From positions 768,001-832,000 of the forward strand of contig JAXGNR010000004.1 of NCBI GenBank assembly GCA_040767965.1: a DNA stretch of 64,000 bases, in the 5' to 3' direction. Position numbers and translations under genes: made by a program. Position 1 is the stretch's first letter; the number at the start of each line of letters is the position of its first letter. The notes under the pieces are model-generated. The model was not told the origin of the DNA. It was given only the letters and a program-made list of their open reading frames with translations, and made no database searches. The stretch is from Atribacterota bacterium. GTDB taxonomy: Bacteria; Atribacterota; Phoenicimicrobiia; Phoenicimicrobiales; Stramentimicrobiaceae. Positions 1-11,117 of the stretch are shown piece by piece.

Positions 1-94
1 CATCATAAGGAGGAAAATGTTTCCAAAGGTTAATAGCTGGTTTTTTCAGGGTTCCTCCTGACAATAATGTTTCTATTCTTTTCACATGATTCAT
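1..94 (-). CDS. N-terminal fragment (runs off window) of a probable uroporphyrinogen-decarboxylase-like family protein
   Basis: Manually translated: GGAGG RBS then ATG at 94, MNHVKRIETLLSGGTLKKPAINLWKHFPPYD; the 'W.HFP' N-terminal motif resembles URO-D-like proteins. Confidence 0.55.
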   Translation of the reverse strand, partial: MNHVKRIETLLSGGTLKKPAINLWKHFPPYD

Positions 95-233
95 TTGTTT
101 AATCCTCCATTTTTACAATCAAAACTGGTAAATTAATTGTATTATAATGTAATATTTATAGCAAGAAAGCATTTCCATGCAAAATCTTTTATTGCTTAAT
201 ATCTAATGTTCATAGTATCCATGCTAAATAAGC

Positions 234-878
234 TTAATATCCAAGACTTTCACCTACCAAAATAACTGTAATATCAGACAAATTTGGTTTTTTATGAAAA
301 ACCACGGAAATATTACACATTCTTTCAGGTGAGTCACAATCAGTGCACTGGCCAATCAATGCACAAGGCGTTTTTCTGCTTAACCTTATTCCATTTAGCG
401 GGGCGGTAATATTTCTAATTCTGGCAAAAGCTTCTTCTAAAGTATCCACAAGTTTATTTGCACCAGCAATAATAATCGTTTTTTGTGGGCCGAAAGACAT
501 AGCTGCAATACGGTTCCCTGATCCATCAATATTTACTAATTCTCCATTCAAGGTAATTGCATTACTACTGGTAAGATAAACATCACATGTTAAAGATTTT
601 TTTCTATTGTTTAACTTTTCTTCTGTGGTTAAATCTTTCTCCCAATGTGAGAATACAGTATTGCCTTGTTTATTTATAATCTCCAGTAATCCAATTTCCC
701 TTATTGATATTGAACCACCTATTCCAACTGTTGCATTTTTGGGTATGAAAGATATTGCTTTGCTAACAGCCTCCTCTTTTGTAGCATAGAAGAGAGCATT
801 AAAATTGTTTGCTTTTAAGGCATTAACAGCAACTTTTGATCTTTTAGCGTAAAACTCCTTTAAAAGTAATTCATCCAT
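234..878 (-). CDS. LUD-domain (lactate utilization / DUF1121-like) protein
   Basis: Motifs GIGGSISI, SSNAITLNGELVNIDGSGNR, C-terminal CxxxGxCxDCxSPERMC; GGAGG RBS. Confidence 0.8.
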   Translation of the reverse strand: MDELLLKEFYAKRSKVAVNALKANNFNALFYATKEEAVSKAISFIPKNATVGIGGSISIREIGLLEIINKQGNTVFSHWEKDLTTEEKLNNRKKSLTCDVYLTSSNAITLNGELVNIDGSGNRIAAMSFGPQKTIIIAGANKLVDTLEEAFARIRNITAPLNGIRLSRKTPCALIGQCTDCDSPERMCNISVVFHKKPNLSDITVILVGESLGY

Positions 879-1092
879 ATATACCTCCAGTGATATTTTT
901 AATTTTAACTAAATATCTTTTAATTATTTTATATTATAGCTTATGAAATAAATTTTATCAGAAAGAAATAAAGAAAAAAATAAATAATTGTCATATTTTA
1001 TGGAAAAAAATAATGCTTGGGAATGATATAAATTAAGAAAACAATAATTATTCTAATTAATAAATAAATTTAGCAAAAATATCAGGTAATAT

Positions 1093-1136
1093 AAAAAAAG
1101 AAAGCTTCTTTTAAAACAAGAAACTTTCTTTTTTTA
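1093..1136 (-). terminator. Intrinsic terminator after RRM gene (possibly bidirectional)
   Basis: AAAAAAAGAAAGCTTCTT...AAGAAACTTTCTTTTTTT imperfect inverted repeat with T/A tracts. Confidence 0.6.
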
Positions 1137-1163
1137 TTGCATTTATATTAATTTAGTTAAAAA

Positions 1164-1463
1164 TTAATAACGTCTTCTATCGTCACTGTAATTTCTTCTT
1201 GGTCTACTATCGCCAAAATCTCTTCTAGGTTTTTGAGGTTTAGCTTCATCAATTTTTAATGGACGACCATTAAAATCATTGTTATTTAAGCTTTCCATGG
1301 CTTTGCTTGCTTCTTCAGAAGAAGACATTTCCACAAAACCAAATCCTTTGCCTTCAATAATATTGACGCTTTTAACAGTACCATAACTACTAAATAACTC
1401 TTCTAATTGCTGATTAGTTACAGAATAGTTCAAATTTCCAACATAGAGTTTACTTCCTTGCAT
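1164..1463 (-). CDS. RRM (RNP-1) RNA-binding protein
   Basis: RNP2 KLYVGNL, RNP1 KGFGFVEM, Arg-rich tail; AGGAGGA RBS before ATG at 1463 (ORF track start is over-extended). Confidence 0.9.
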   Translation of the reverse strand: MQGSKLYVGNLNYSVTNQQLEELFSSYGTVKSVNIIEGKGFGFVEMSSSEEASKAMESLNNNDFNGRPLKIDEAKPQKPRRDFGDSRPRRNYSDDRRRY

Positions 1464-1705
1464 ATCTTTATCCTCCTTTCTTCTGTTTTTTTTCAGTAAC
1501 ATCTAATTTAGAGGCAAGATATGTCAGGATAGAAATATCTCTATTTTATATATTACTGTAAGGTAAGGACATTAATACAAAACTAATTGTCCTTTTACCA
1601 TTTATTTATAATATTTATTATTGTACTTTCCAATGCTGCTTTTTAACATTAATTATATATATAATTAATGTTAAAATAATAATACTTTCTAGTTGAAGTG
1701 AAATT

Positions 1706-1733
1706 ATTATACATCAACAGAAAATATTGTCAA
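1706..1733 (-). promoter_or_regulatory. Sigma70-type promoter upstream of the RRM gene
   Basis: TTGACA (1733-1728), 16-nt spacer, TATAAT (1711-1706). Confidence 0.55.
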
Positions 1734-1844
1734 ATAATATTTTTTTCAAAAAAACAATCCTTTAAGAAGACAAAAATAATATCTAATTATGATATTATCC
1801 TTCAATATAAATATTCTGTTTATAACAGGTTTCTTGTTAATAGT

Positions 1845-2268
1845 TCAAATTACTTTGATAAATGTTAATAATTCATTTTCAAAGCAGTCAAAAAGCTCAA
1901 GTTTAGTTTGACTTACGGTATATTTGCACGATTCTTGCAACAATTGGAAGTATGTTGCCTCAGCTTTCATCGCTTCCTCTGAGCCACCCATCAAGGTCAT
2001 TTGCAAGTCTTCCAATATTAAGAAATAATGATTTTCTTTCACTAAATAAGAGCCACTATAGAAATTAATTGATGAAGTTTCAGAAATAGTTGATTCATCA
2101 AAATTTGCAGTTATGTAAAATAATGAAGGATCTATCGTATCTTCTGTCCATGATGACAATTTCCATTGAGTATTAACCAAAGGGTAACTTTCTGGAATTA
2201 AACCTTCACAGCCAGTCAGAGAAAATATAACCAAAAAGATATCTTTAAAAAATAAAAAGCTTTTTCAT
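1845..2268 (-). CDS. META-domain lipoprotein (signal peptide frameshifted)
   Basis: Lipobox LTGC, 'NTQWKL', 'MTLMGG...EATYFQLL' META-like motifs; upstream ATG at 2268 (MKKLFIF) is one base out of frame across a T run. Confidence 0.65.
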
Positions 2269-2526
2269 TTAAACTTTCTTTATTCTTCCTGATAAGATAT
2301 TAGTTTATGAGTAATGTAAAAACATATTTAATAAAAGAAATACATTTGTACTATTCTACCAGAATTACATTTAAAGCAATTTACTGAAAATAGATTTGTT
2401 TTAATGTAAAGAAGCAAATATATGTTATGCTAAATATAAATCTTTTCTAATTGAAAAATAGTAAATATGAAATTTTACTATGAAATACCATTTAATTGAT
2501 ATTATTTTTATCTATTTTGTTTAAAT

Positions 2527-2746
2527 TCAGGATTTTTTGTTTCCTAATAAAAGAAGCAATATTCCTCCTATCAACGTAATTCCTCCTACCAAGAGTGGCA
2601 AAGAAAAGTATTTGTTTTCTCTGTAGTTATCTCAATCGGACCAATGTCAGCAACTTTCTCTCTTGTGGTATAATTAATACCCGATATGCGAATATAACAA
2701 TTCCCGTAATTATAAGTATTATTGCAATAACTGTATTTGTTTTCAT
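2527..2746 (-). CDS. Small membrane protein (DUF3185-like), frameshifted
   Basis: Manual translation MKTNTVIAIILIITGIVIFAY.../GINYTTREKVADIGPIEITTEKTNTF.../LLVGGITLIGGILLLLLGNKKS across frame changes; AAGGAAGG RBS. Confidence 0.6.
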
Positions 2747-2998
2747 TTTTTCCTTCCTTAATTTTTTATAATAATTTATCTACAAACCAATATCAAGGCT
2801 TCCTATCCCGGATATCTGTTTTGTCCGGATAAATAGTATCCTATCCTATTTCTATAAGAAAGAACTGTAATGTAAAACACATCTTGAAATTAATACAATT
2901 TATATAATCTTTATTTACCATGTTTATTTATTCAATATATTTACTTTTATTATAACTACGTTGTTCAATGATGTATATTTGCAAAAAACACACTTGTT

Positions 2999-3939
2999 TT
3001 AATTTATCTTCCAATATCCTGATTGTATTCTCCAGTATTTCCCTAATTCAAAATCAAACGATTGTGGCTCAAACTTCCCCGTGCCACTTGATTGATAATT
3101 TGTTAATTCTCCGATATATATTTTTTCATTTATACTATAAAAATCTACTCGAATATAGTCAAAGCTTTTCGCTAATTTTTCAGAGATACTTATCATTTTA
3201 GATAAGTTTTCCGGTGGCTCTAAAAATGGGCCTTTCTTCATATTATGAGCAACATCCAATATTTTCCATTCAGGTGTTAATAAAGTTTTAGATCTATCAC
3301 CAAAGCGGTCAAATTCTACATGTATAAGGCAACATTTTCCATGAAACATGTGGAATTTAATATCCTTAGGTATTTTATTTTTTTCAAGAAGTAATTTTTC
3401 TATAATAATCTTCCTACGGATATGTTGATAAGCCCATTCAAGTCTCTCCAAACAATAGGGAAGCCGGAGCCATTTTAGACAGGTATTGATTATTTCCGTT
3501 TTATTAAAATCATCATTTTTAACAATTATATTTAACCCAGAGGCATGATTAGGTTTTATTATAAAAGGAACAGGGAGTGTTTCAAAAGGAATTTTCTGTG
3601 GTTTATCCGTAATAAATAATAAGGGAATTAATATCTCATTAGCTTCTTCTTCTCCCAATATACGTTTAATGTAAGAGCGGACCTGATATTTGTCAGCAAC
3701 AACGGGTAATAAAGGATTCCTGTCATTAATTTTTTTCCAAATTATTTTTTCATTAAAAGATTTTGGATTTTCTAGATTTAAAGTATAATTCAGTCTCTTA
3801 TAGAATCTTTTTTTTTCAATGTTGTAGTTGGAAATTAGATTAAAAAATATAAAGAATAAGCTCTTAAGTTGTAAAAAATAACAAATAATAAATCATGTTT
3901 TTTAATTATATCTTTTGTTTTCTTATATAATTTATTCAT
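2999..3939 (-). CDS. ATP-grasp amidoligase, TupA-like (polysaccharide modification), N-terminus frameshifted
   Basis: LNLENPKSFNEKI, ADKYQVRSYI, KPNHASG, DIKFHMFHG, YIRVDFY, IGELT motifs; frame stays open to about 3890 and an ATG at 3939 is out of frame. Confidence 0.8.
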
Positions 3940-4107
3940 TTACATTTTTTATTTTTTAAATTTATAGAAAGTATATTTTATCTATACTACATTTATTATA
4001 AAATTTACTCTATTATATCAAAAAATATAGAGAAAAAGATAAATTCTTCAGCTGGAAACTTAAGGGTTTGGATTAACTGGATTCCCCTATTGGATGCGTT
4101 CAGATAC

Positions 4108-4150
4108 GCTTGGGAAAGTTGAAATATTTTATTATTCCTCTTTCCCAAGT
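4108..4150. terminator. Hairpin downstream of lipoprotein gene
   Basis: CTTGGGAAAG...CTTTCCCAAG 10-bp inverted repeat. Confidence 0.45.
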
Positions 4151-4184
4151 GTTTTTCATTTTCTTCAATCTTCATGTTCTCAAC

Positions 4185-5351
4185 TTATGGTAAATAATAA
4201 GTTATCTCCAATTTCGGGCAACGGCTAGGGTTAGGATCATAATCTGAAGAGTAGCATTTAATAAAAATATTTCCTGTAGTTTCGTCTGTATCTCTCAATA
4301 CTACTCCATAATTAGGAATGCTTCCGCTATACCATCCTTTTACCAGGGTAGTAATATTCCAGGACAACCAGGTCTCAGCATCTGGAGCTACTGACAAGGT
4401 ACTTTCAGGGGTTGACTTGTAACCAGGTCTGGTATTCCAGGTAATGCCATTTTCTTCCCATAATCCGTTGACCTTATAGATACCTAGTTCAAAACTCTGT
4501 GGTGCGCCAAAAGATTCTTGATGATCATATTGATATAGCTTTAAAGTGGCATTTGTAATATCAACACCTGCCGGCAGATCAGTCAGGTTAAACTTAAGAT
4601 AAGCCCTAAAACTTCCCCAGGTAACGATATGCCCTATCCCAAACCAGCTAATATTTCCAAAATTATCATCAGGATAATTACTATAGATATAACTATCCTT
4701 ACCCTCCACCGGTCCTGGTTGTATAGTGATATATTGAGGAAAAATGATAATTCCTACCGATAAAACAGTTATGGTAACCATATCAATACTGGATCCGGCG
4801 CTATTGGTGGCAGTCAGGGTATAAGTAATGGCGCCGACAGAGGTAGGTGTAACCGTAGTAGAGCCGGAGGGTGCCTCTACTGACCCTACCCCCTGGTTAA
4901 TGCTAATTGTAGTGGCATTGGTGACCCAGCTCAGAGCAATGCTGCCTCCAAGGCCGATGCTGTTAGAACTGGCGGTAAAGGAGCTAATGACAGGAGGAGC
5001 AGTCGGGGTCGTATCATCTGGTAAAACGGTGATGGTGATGCTATTAGTGCTAGAACCATCACTGTTGGTGGCGGTGAGGGTGTAGGTAGTGGTGGATGCC
5101 GGGGTAACAGTCTTCGAACCGGAGGGGGCCGTCACCGCACCAATACCCTGATCTATGCTTACCGTTTTAGCACTGGTGACCCAGCTTAAGGTCACACTCT
5201 CCCCTTCAGTAATACTTGTGGAAGTACTGGTAAATGAACTAATGGTCGGACCTGATGGGGTGACTCCGCCACAGGCGGAAATAAATAGAAAGAACAAGAC
5301 AATGATTGAAAGGCTTAAATACTTCCTGTAACTTTTCATGATTCCTTTCAT
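4185..5351 (-). CDS. Surface lipoprotein with two Ig/PKD-like repeats and a C-terminal DNRLRE (CBM96-like) domain
   Basis: Lipobox ISAC; two about 75-aa repeats (ISSFT...LSWVT...TYTLTATN); C-terminal 'KDSYI...PDDNFG...RAYLKFNL...ATLKLY...WEENGITWN...PKLEITY'. Confidence 0.8.
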   Translation of the reverse strand: MKGIMKSYRKYLSLSIIVLFFLFISACGGVTPSGPTISSFTSTSTSITEGESVTLSWVTSAKTVSIDQGIGAVTAPSGSKTVTPASTTTYTLTATNSDGSSTNSITITVLPDDTTPTAPPVISSFTASSNSIGLGGSIALSWVTNATTISINQGVGSVEAPSGSTTVTPTSVGAITYTLTATNSAGSSIDMVTITVLSVGIIIFPQYITIQPGPVEGKDSYIYSNYPDDNFGNISWFGIGHIVTWGSFRAYLKFNLTDLPAGVDITNATLKLYQYDHQESFGAPQSFELGIYKVNGLWEENGITWNTRPGYKSTPESTLSVAPDAETWLSWNITTLVKGWYSGSIPNYGVVLRDTDETTGNIFIKCYSSDYDPNPSRCPKLEITYYLP

Positions 5352-5545
5352 CTTTTTAGACCTCCTATCTCTAAAGATTCAGGAATATAAATATAGTGCA
5401 GTTTTGCTATGAGGGAAGAATAATTAATATCATAAAAATCCTTCTGATGCAGTACTAATATAATCCTTATTTACCGTGTTTATTTAATTAATATATTTAT
5501 TTTAATTATAACTCCGTTATGCAAGGATGTATATTTGTAAAAGAA

Positions 5546-5578
5546 AAAGCCCCTCAGCAAGATGCTGAAGGGCTGGGA
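5546..5578 (-). terminator. Intrinsic terminator after tRNA-Asn
   Basis: Minus strand AGCCCTTCAGCA-TCT-TGCTGAGGGGCT followed by TTTTCTTT. Confidence 0.8.
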
Positions 5579-5583
5579 TTGAC

Positions 5584-5658
5584 TGGCTCCCCGGGTAGGA
5601 TTCGAACCTACAACCCTCCGGTTAACAGCCGGATGCTCCACCATTGAGCTACCGAGGA
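5584..5658 (-). tRNA. tRNA-Asn (GTT)
   Basis: TCCTCGGTAGCTCAATGGTGGAGCATCCGGCTGTTAACCGGAGGGTTGTAGGTTCGAATCCTACCCGGGGAGCCA; cloverleaf, anticodon GTT, encoded CCA. Confidence 0.97.
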
Positions 5659-5672
5659 ATAACACAAAAGTA

Positions 5673-5701
5673 ATTATAGTCTAAAAAAATAAAAAGGTCA
5701 A
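5673..5701 (-). promoter_or_regulatory. Sigma70 promoter of tRNA-Asn
   Basis: TTGACC, 17-nt spacer, TATAAT. Confidence 0.75.
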
Positions 5702-5726
5702 CAATTTTTTATAAATTAAATCTCAT

Positions 5727-6833
5727 TTAATCAAGGTAGTCTCGTAATTTTTTACTTCTACTAGGGTGTCTCAATTTTCTTAAGGCTTTTGCTTCAATCT
5801 GTCTTATTCTTTCTCTGGTGACGCCAAATTCTCTACCAACCTCTTCCAGGGTATGAGGATGACCATCGGTTATTCCAAATCTTAACTCTAATACTCTTTT
5901 TTCTCTTTGAGTTAAAGTTTTTAAGACATCTTCAAGTTGTTCTTTTAGTAAAGTGTGAGAGGCAATCTTTGGAGGTGCAGGGGAATCTTCATCCTCAATA
6001 AAGTCTCCAAGATGACTGTCATCTTCTTTACCTATCGGGCTCTCTAAAGATACTGGTTCTTGTGCTGTTTTAATGATTCCTTTAATTTTTTCCAAAGGCA
6101 ATTCCATTCTTTCTGCAATTTCTTCAATCGTAGGATCACGCCCTAATTCTTGTAACAGATATCTGGACACACGAACGAGTTTATTTATAGTTTCAACCAT
6201 ATGGACAGGAACCCTTATGGTTCTTGCCTGATCTGCAATAGCTCTGGTGATAGCCTGTCTTATCCACCAGGTAGCATAGGTGCTAAATTTATATCCACGC
6301 CTATAATCAAATTTTTCAACTGCTCTTATCAAGCCCATGTTTCCTTCTTGAATCAAATCCAAAAAAAGCATTCCTCTTCCTACGTATCTTTTTGCGATGC
6401 TCACAACTAGTCTCAAGTTAGATTGTACTAATATCCTTTTAGCTTCTGCATCGCCTTCTTCCATTCTTTTTGCTAATTCTATTTCCTCATCCGCTGTCAA
6501 CAGCCTTATTTGCCCTATCTCCTTGAGGTACATTTTTACAGGATCATCTAATTCAAAACCTTTTCCCAAAACTATGTCAGATGCCATATCTTTTTTAGAA
6601 ATAACAGACACTCCGGTTTTTTTTGATTTTTCTTTTACCTCTGTTCCAACATCATCTTTTTCATCTTCATCAATTACATCTACTCCAGATTCATTAAGAG
6701 CATCATACAGATCTTCAATTTTATTTATATTAAGTATTTCGTCATCTAAATAGTTTTCAATTTCCTGAAAAGTTAGGTAATTTTTCTCTTTTCCTTTTTC
6801 AATTAAGCCTTCTATTTTCTTTTTCTTTGCCAT
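5727..6833 (-). CDS. rpoD: Primary RNA polymerase sigma factor RpoD/SigA
   Basis: [45 protein letters not shown]; follows dnaG. Confidence 0.97.
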   Translation of the reverse strand: MAKKKKIEGLIEKGKEKNYLTFQEIENYLDDEILNINKIEDLYDALNESGVDVIDEDEKDDVGTEVKEKSKKTGVSVISKKDMASDIVLGKGFELDDPVKMYLKEIGQIRLLTADEEIELAKRMEEGDAEAKRILVQSNLRLVVSIAKRYVGRGMLFLDLIQEGNMGLIRAVEKFDYRRGYKFSTYATWWIRQAITRAIADQARTIRVPVHMVETINKLVRVSRYLLQELGRDPTIEEIAERMELPLEKIKGIIKTAQEPVSLESPIGKEDDSHLGDFIEDEDSPAPPKIASHTLLKEQLEDVLKTLTQREKRVLELRFGITDGHPHTLEEVGREFGVTRERIRQIEAKALRKLRHPSRSKKLRDYLD

Positions 6834-6881
6834 AGATAAAGCCTCTCTTTTAAACTATGTTATATATTTTTTCTATTATTT

Positions 6882-8612
6882 TTAAACTATTGCCTTTATT
6901 TTGAACAACAGATTTTGATAATTTTTTAATAATTCAGGTTCAATTTCTATTTTTAATGCTTCTTTTTCTTTTATTGTTTTTTTTAGATCGCTTAATTCCA
7001 GTTGAAGATTATGTTTCTTTATGGCTTTTATAGACCGTTCAACTGTCTCATCATCAACTAAAACAACCTCTTTCATAAGTATTTTTGATAATAAATTAAC
7101 CAGGTTTTGATCATTCAATTTATCAAATATTTTTTGAGAGTTAATCATTTCATTATTTTCATATAAATTCTTAATAACAAGAACAATATCCTGGTGCTCT
7201 TTTACCGAGAAATCGCTTATATTAATTTCTTTAAGTATTTTATCCAAAAAATTTTTATTTTGAATCATACTGCCTATTCTTAGTATCTTTTCAGCATTGA
7301 TATAGGTAAATTCAAATCTTTTTCTCTAATGCATCAGTAGGTGCATTACCCTTTTTATATTTCTGAATATCTTTTAATATTGCATTCTCATCAATATTAA
7401 GGTATTCAGCAATTTTTTTTGTTTCTAATTGCAATTCAACCTGGCTTTTTATGTCTGATAAATCTGAATATAAATTTTTTATAATTGCAACTTTTTGATT
7501 CATCCTTTTTTGGAATATATTTTCATTAAAAGCGATAATTTATAGTCGGTAAAGGTAGCTAGATTTTCTATTAGATAATTAAAATATTCTTTACCTTTTT
7601 TTAAATAATATCTGCAGGATCATAATTAAAAGGAAAGAATGTATTTTATTTCAAGTCAGCTTTTTAACATGCTTAGCTTCTTAGGTGGCATTTCTTCCTG
7701 CATTATCAGCATCAAATGCAATTAAAACCTCATCTACCAAATCTTTTTGTGTCTGTACTGTTCTGTCAAGGCAGTCCCCAGTGATCTCTTCATTTTCAAA
7801 TCCAAATTGAAAGCAATAATTACATCTGTATACCCTTCCATTATAATTACTCTATTATTTTTTCTGATTTCATTTTTCGCTTGAAATAATCCGTAAAGAT
7901 TATTACTTTTTTTATATACCTCTGTTTCAGGAGAATTGATATATTTGGGCAATGAATTATCCAGCACCCTCCCACCAAAAGCAATTGTTTTACCTTGTAA
8001 ATTAGTAATTGGAAAAACCATTCAGCTATAAAATAATCAATAACATTGCCTGTTTTTTTGCTTTTTACCGCCAGGCCTGCTTTGATGATATCCTGCAATT
8101 TATATCTTTTTTTAAGCAATATTTTGATTAAATTATCATATCCTGGTAACGCATAACCTAGATGAAACTTTTGAATAGTCTCTTCTTTAAAATAACGTTT
8201 AGTTAATAATTAGAAACATTTTTCCCGCTTGTTGTGAATATATATTGTTTTGATAATGTTCAATACTATTTCATTTAATTGAAATATTATCTCTTTTTTC
8301 ATAAAAGATTTATTGTCTTGATCAATTTTGAAAGGCAGTTCAATTCAGCTTTTCTTCATCAATTCAATTGCTTCGGAAAATTTACCTTTTCAATTTTCTT
8401 TGATAAAACTAAAAATATTTCCACCTTCTCCAGCAAAACAATGAAATATTTGTCTCTGGCTATCACCATAAAAGAAGGTGTTTTTCTGATGAAAAGGGCG
8501 CAATCCTTTATAACTGCCCCACTGGGCTTTAAAGATATATATTCTACAAATCAATTCAACAATATCAAGCTTATTTCTTATTTCATTCAATACGTCTTCC
8601 TGAATATCTCAA
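6882..8612 (-). CDS. dnaG: DNA primase, split into several ORF fragments by indels
   Basis: Fragments with FPITNLQGKTIAFGGR, PKYINSPET, MEGYTDV, LGTALT, a degenerate Zn-finger region and C-terminal helical domain; located directly upstream of rpoD. Confidence 0.88.
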
Positions 8613-8838
8613 ATATATAAACTCCTTTTACATAAAATAAAAAATACCATTGTTTTTAATAAAAAATCGATTCAGTAGTTATCTGGTTTGCACTCTCTTA
8701 TATTAATTACAACAAGATAGTCTCAATACCTTTTTTATTTTAAAACATTCTGATGAGAGGAAGCACTTTGGAATAATTAATTTCTATTCTTGAAATAAAG
8801 GAATAAACTTAAAAGTTGCGGAAAATACCGTTCAAAAT

Positions 8839-10037
8839 TCACACTAATAGGGCAATTTTAATTTTCTTACCATATTTTCCGCCTCCACAGGTAATAGTGA
8901 TAACTTTCCTTCTATCTGGCAGCAATTATTTTTAGCAATTTTTGAACCAGTAACCACAGTTTTATTTTATGATAGAAGGCATTATGCAAAATGTTCATTT
9001 CAGTGCCTAAATAATTATGTAAATTTTCCAATGTTTTCCTGCCAACCCCTGGAACAAAATTTAGTGCAACCTGGTGGCAATAAAGACCGATGAACAGGTA
9101 AACAGATTCTCTATTTTCAGAAATTTCAATAATTCTATCAAATACTCCTTTGGTTACTCTTTTGCTACCACACAGGGGCACTGGAACACAGGTGGGCATT
9201 CACCTAGCCATACAACTGGTCTCACAAAAAGCCTGGTGATATTTTCCTAATCTGGATCCAGCCCGTAATTTATAAATGCTCTTCTATCTTTTTTCTATTT
9301 AATGCTAATACAATTCCTTATATGTAGGTTTTTCAATTTTAATAAGAGTTTGTCTCCTGGCTCAATTTTTGGGCAGGTAGGCATCAGAATTTGTTAAAAA
9401 TAATATTTTCTAAGTCTTTTAAATGATCAGCTAAAAATGTATCTGCACTGAGCCTAATTCAACTGCAGGTATTTTAATAGTCTCTGTGTTAAACATTTCA
9501 GATAAATAATGACACAGCTTCCAAACATGCTTTTATGTAGTGTAAATATGTGTGCAGGAATAGCAATACCACCATGATTATCAACAATATTAAAAATTCT
9601 TGAGCATCTATGCCACTATTCTGCCGAACTCAGATTAGGATTGGTAATAATTTCCTGCATTTTTGCTTCAATTCGCACATATCTGCAAAATAAGGGAAAA
9701 ATGCTATTTGGTGTGATAAATTACCATTTCTTTCCTTTGTTTCAATTTCCGCTCCCAGGATTATAGTAACAGAATCCTGATATAAGACTCCTCCGTCTTC
9801 TAATTCTCTCATTTCTCCACTATTAATGGTTTTTTCAATATCCCTGATCACCCTTGGCGAAGCACAGTCCACTATTCCTACTATATCAATACCTTTTTTA
9901 TTCAGGCATTCCCTGGCAATATTCGGAAAAGTAAGTTTGCGAGATGCAGTAACCTTTACAGGTAAATCTTCTGTATCTCTTCCAATATGAACATGAAGAT
10001 CTGCGAAATATGTATCTTTTCTCTTTTTTTTGTTCAT
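8839..10037 (-). CDS. Endonuclease Q family (TIGR00375, PHP domain) protein, fragmented by indels
   Basis: ADLHVHIG, KKGIDIVGIVDC, GAEIE, PAHIFT, C-terminal CG..VTKGV..RI and GGGKYGK. Confidence 0.75.
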
Positions 10038-10573
10038 CGATTTAACCACCATAATATTCCAATTAAAGTTTTGGCATCTCTTATTTTATTGTTATTTAAT
10101 AGTGTAACAATATTTTTTTTATTATATTCTTTTACTTTAATAAATTCATCATGATCTGTGTTGGTTGCTGTTTTCTTTAAATCCCGGGCAAAAAATAAAC
10201 TTAATTTTTCATTACAAAAACCTGGAGCTGAGTAAAAATCATAAATTTTTTCCCAATTTTGTGCCTGGTACCCAGTTTCTTCTTCCAATTCTCGTTTGGC
10301 ACAATTAATTATCTTTTCTTGAGGTTCTAGTGTTCCTGCAGGTAGTTCTAATAATATATTTTCGATTGGCTTTCTAAACTGTTTTATCATAATAACGGTA
10401 TCAGGGCATTTTTGTGCTATTATAACAACCGCACCAGGGTGTTCAATTATTTCCCGATATGACTTTTCTCCATTAGGAAGAACAACTTCATCTTTTCTAA
10501 GGTTAACCACTTTCCCGCTATAAATTATTTCAGATTTCATTGTCTTTTCTGTTAATTTATCTAAATTATACAT
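10034..10573 (-). CDS. nudF: ADP-ribose pyrophosphatase (NUDIX)
   Basis: EHPGAV, LELPAGTLE...CAKRELEEETGY Nudix box, DAKT. Confidence 0.85.
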   Translation of the reverse strand: MYNLDKLTEKTMKSEIIYSGKVVNLRKDEVVLPNGEKSYREIIEHPGAVVIIAQKCPDTVIMIKQFRKPIENILLELPAGTLEPQEKIINCAKRELEEETGYQAQNWEKIYDFYSAPGFCNEKLSLFFARDLKKTATNTDHDEFIKVKEYNKKNIVTLLNNNKIRDAKTLIGILWWLNR

Positions 10574-11117
10574 ATTGTTTTTGAATTATTATTTTTTCTC
10601 CTCTTTCTATTGCTTTTTTGTTTAATTCGACTATTTTAGTTGATTTTATTCCAAGAGTATCCTCTAATGCTCTAAATATTGTTTCAATTTTGATACTTTT
10701 TCTTATTGCTATATAAGCACCGAGAACAACCATGTTTGCTACTTTTAAATTTCCCAGTTCATTAGCAATTTTGTTAGCTGGAATCTTGAATGCTTTTATG
10801 TCATTACGTATAGCCCCTTGGGGAATTAATGATTCATTTATTATTATTGTACCATTTTTTTCTACTTCTGATTCAAATTTGTCTAAAGATGGCTTATTCA
10901 TGGCAATTAAAGTCATTGGGTTAGGAATTACAGGTGATGCTACTTCATCAGAAGATATAATAACAGTACAATTTGCAGTTCCTCCACGCATTTCCGGCCC
11001 ATAAGAAGGCATCCAGGCAACATTTTTACCTTCTAACATTCCAGCATAAGCAATAAGACGTCCCATTAGAAGTACCCCTTGCCCACCAAAACCAGCAATT
11101 ACAATCTCGTCTAACAT
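10566..11117 (-). CDS. 2-oxoacid:ferredoxin oxidoreductase gamma subunit (VOR-type)
   Basis: AGFGGQG, PSYGPEMRGGTA. Confidence 0.9.
   Translation of the reverse strand: MLDEIVIAGFGGQGVLLMGRLIAYAGMLEGKNVAWMPSYGPEMRGGTANCTVIISSDEVASPVIPNPMTLIAMNKPSLDKFESEVEKNGTIIINESLIPQGAIRNDIKAFKIPANKIANELGNLKVANMVVLGAYIAIRKSIKIETIFRALEDTLGIKSTKIVELNKKAIERGEKIIIQKQYV

Noticed and set aside
5480-5665. 61-aa ORF (MLFLGSSMVEHPAVNRR...)
   Set aside because: It is a translation of tRNA-Asn and its terminator.
6882-10037. Alternative genetic code or true pseudogenisation explaining broken dnaG and EndoQ
   Set aside because: Breaks are frame changes, not in-frame stops; other genes end normally at TAA/TAG/TGA and RF2 is intact.
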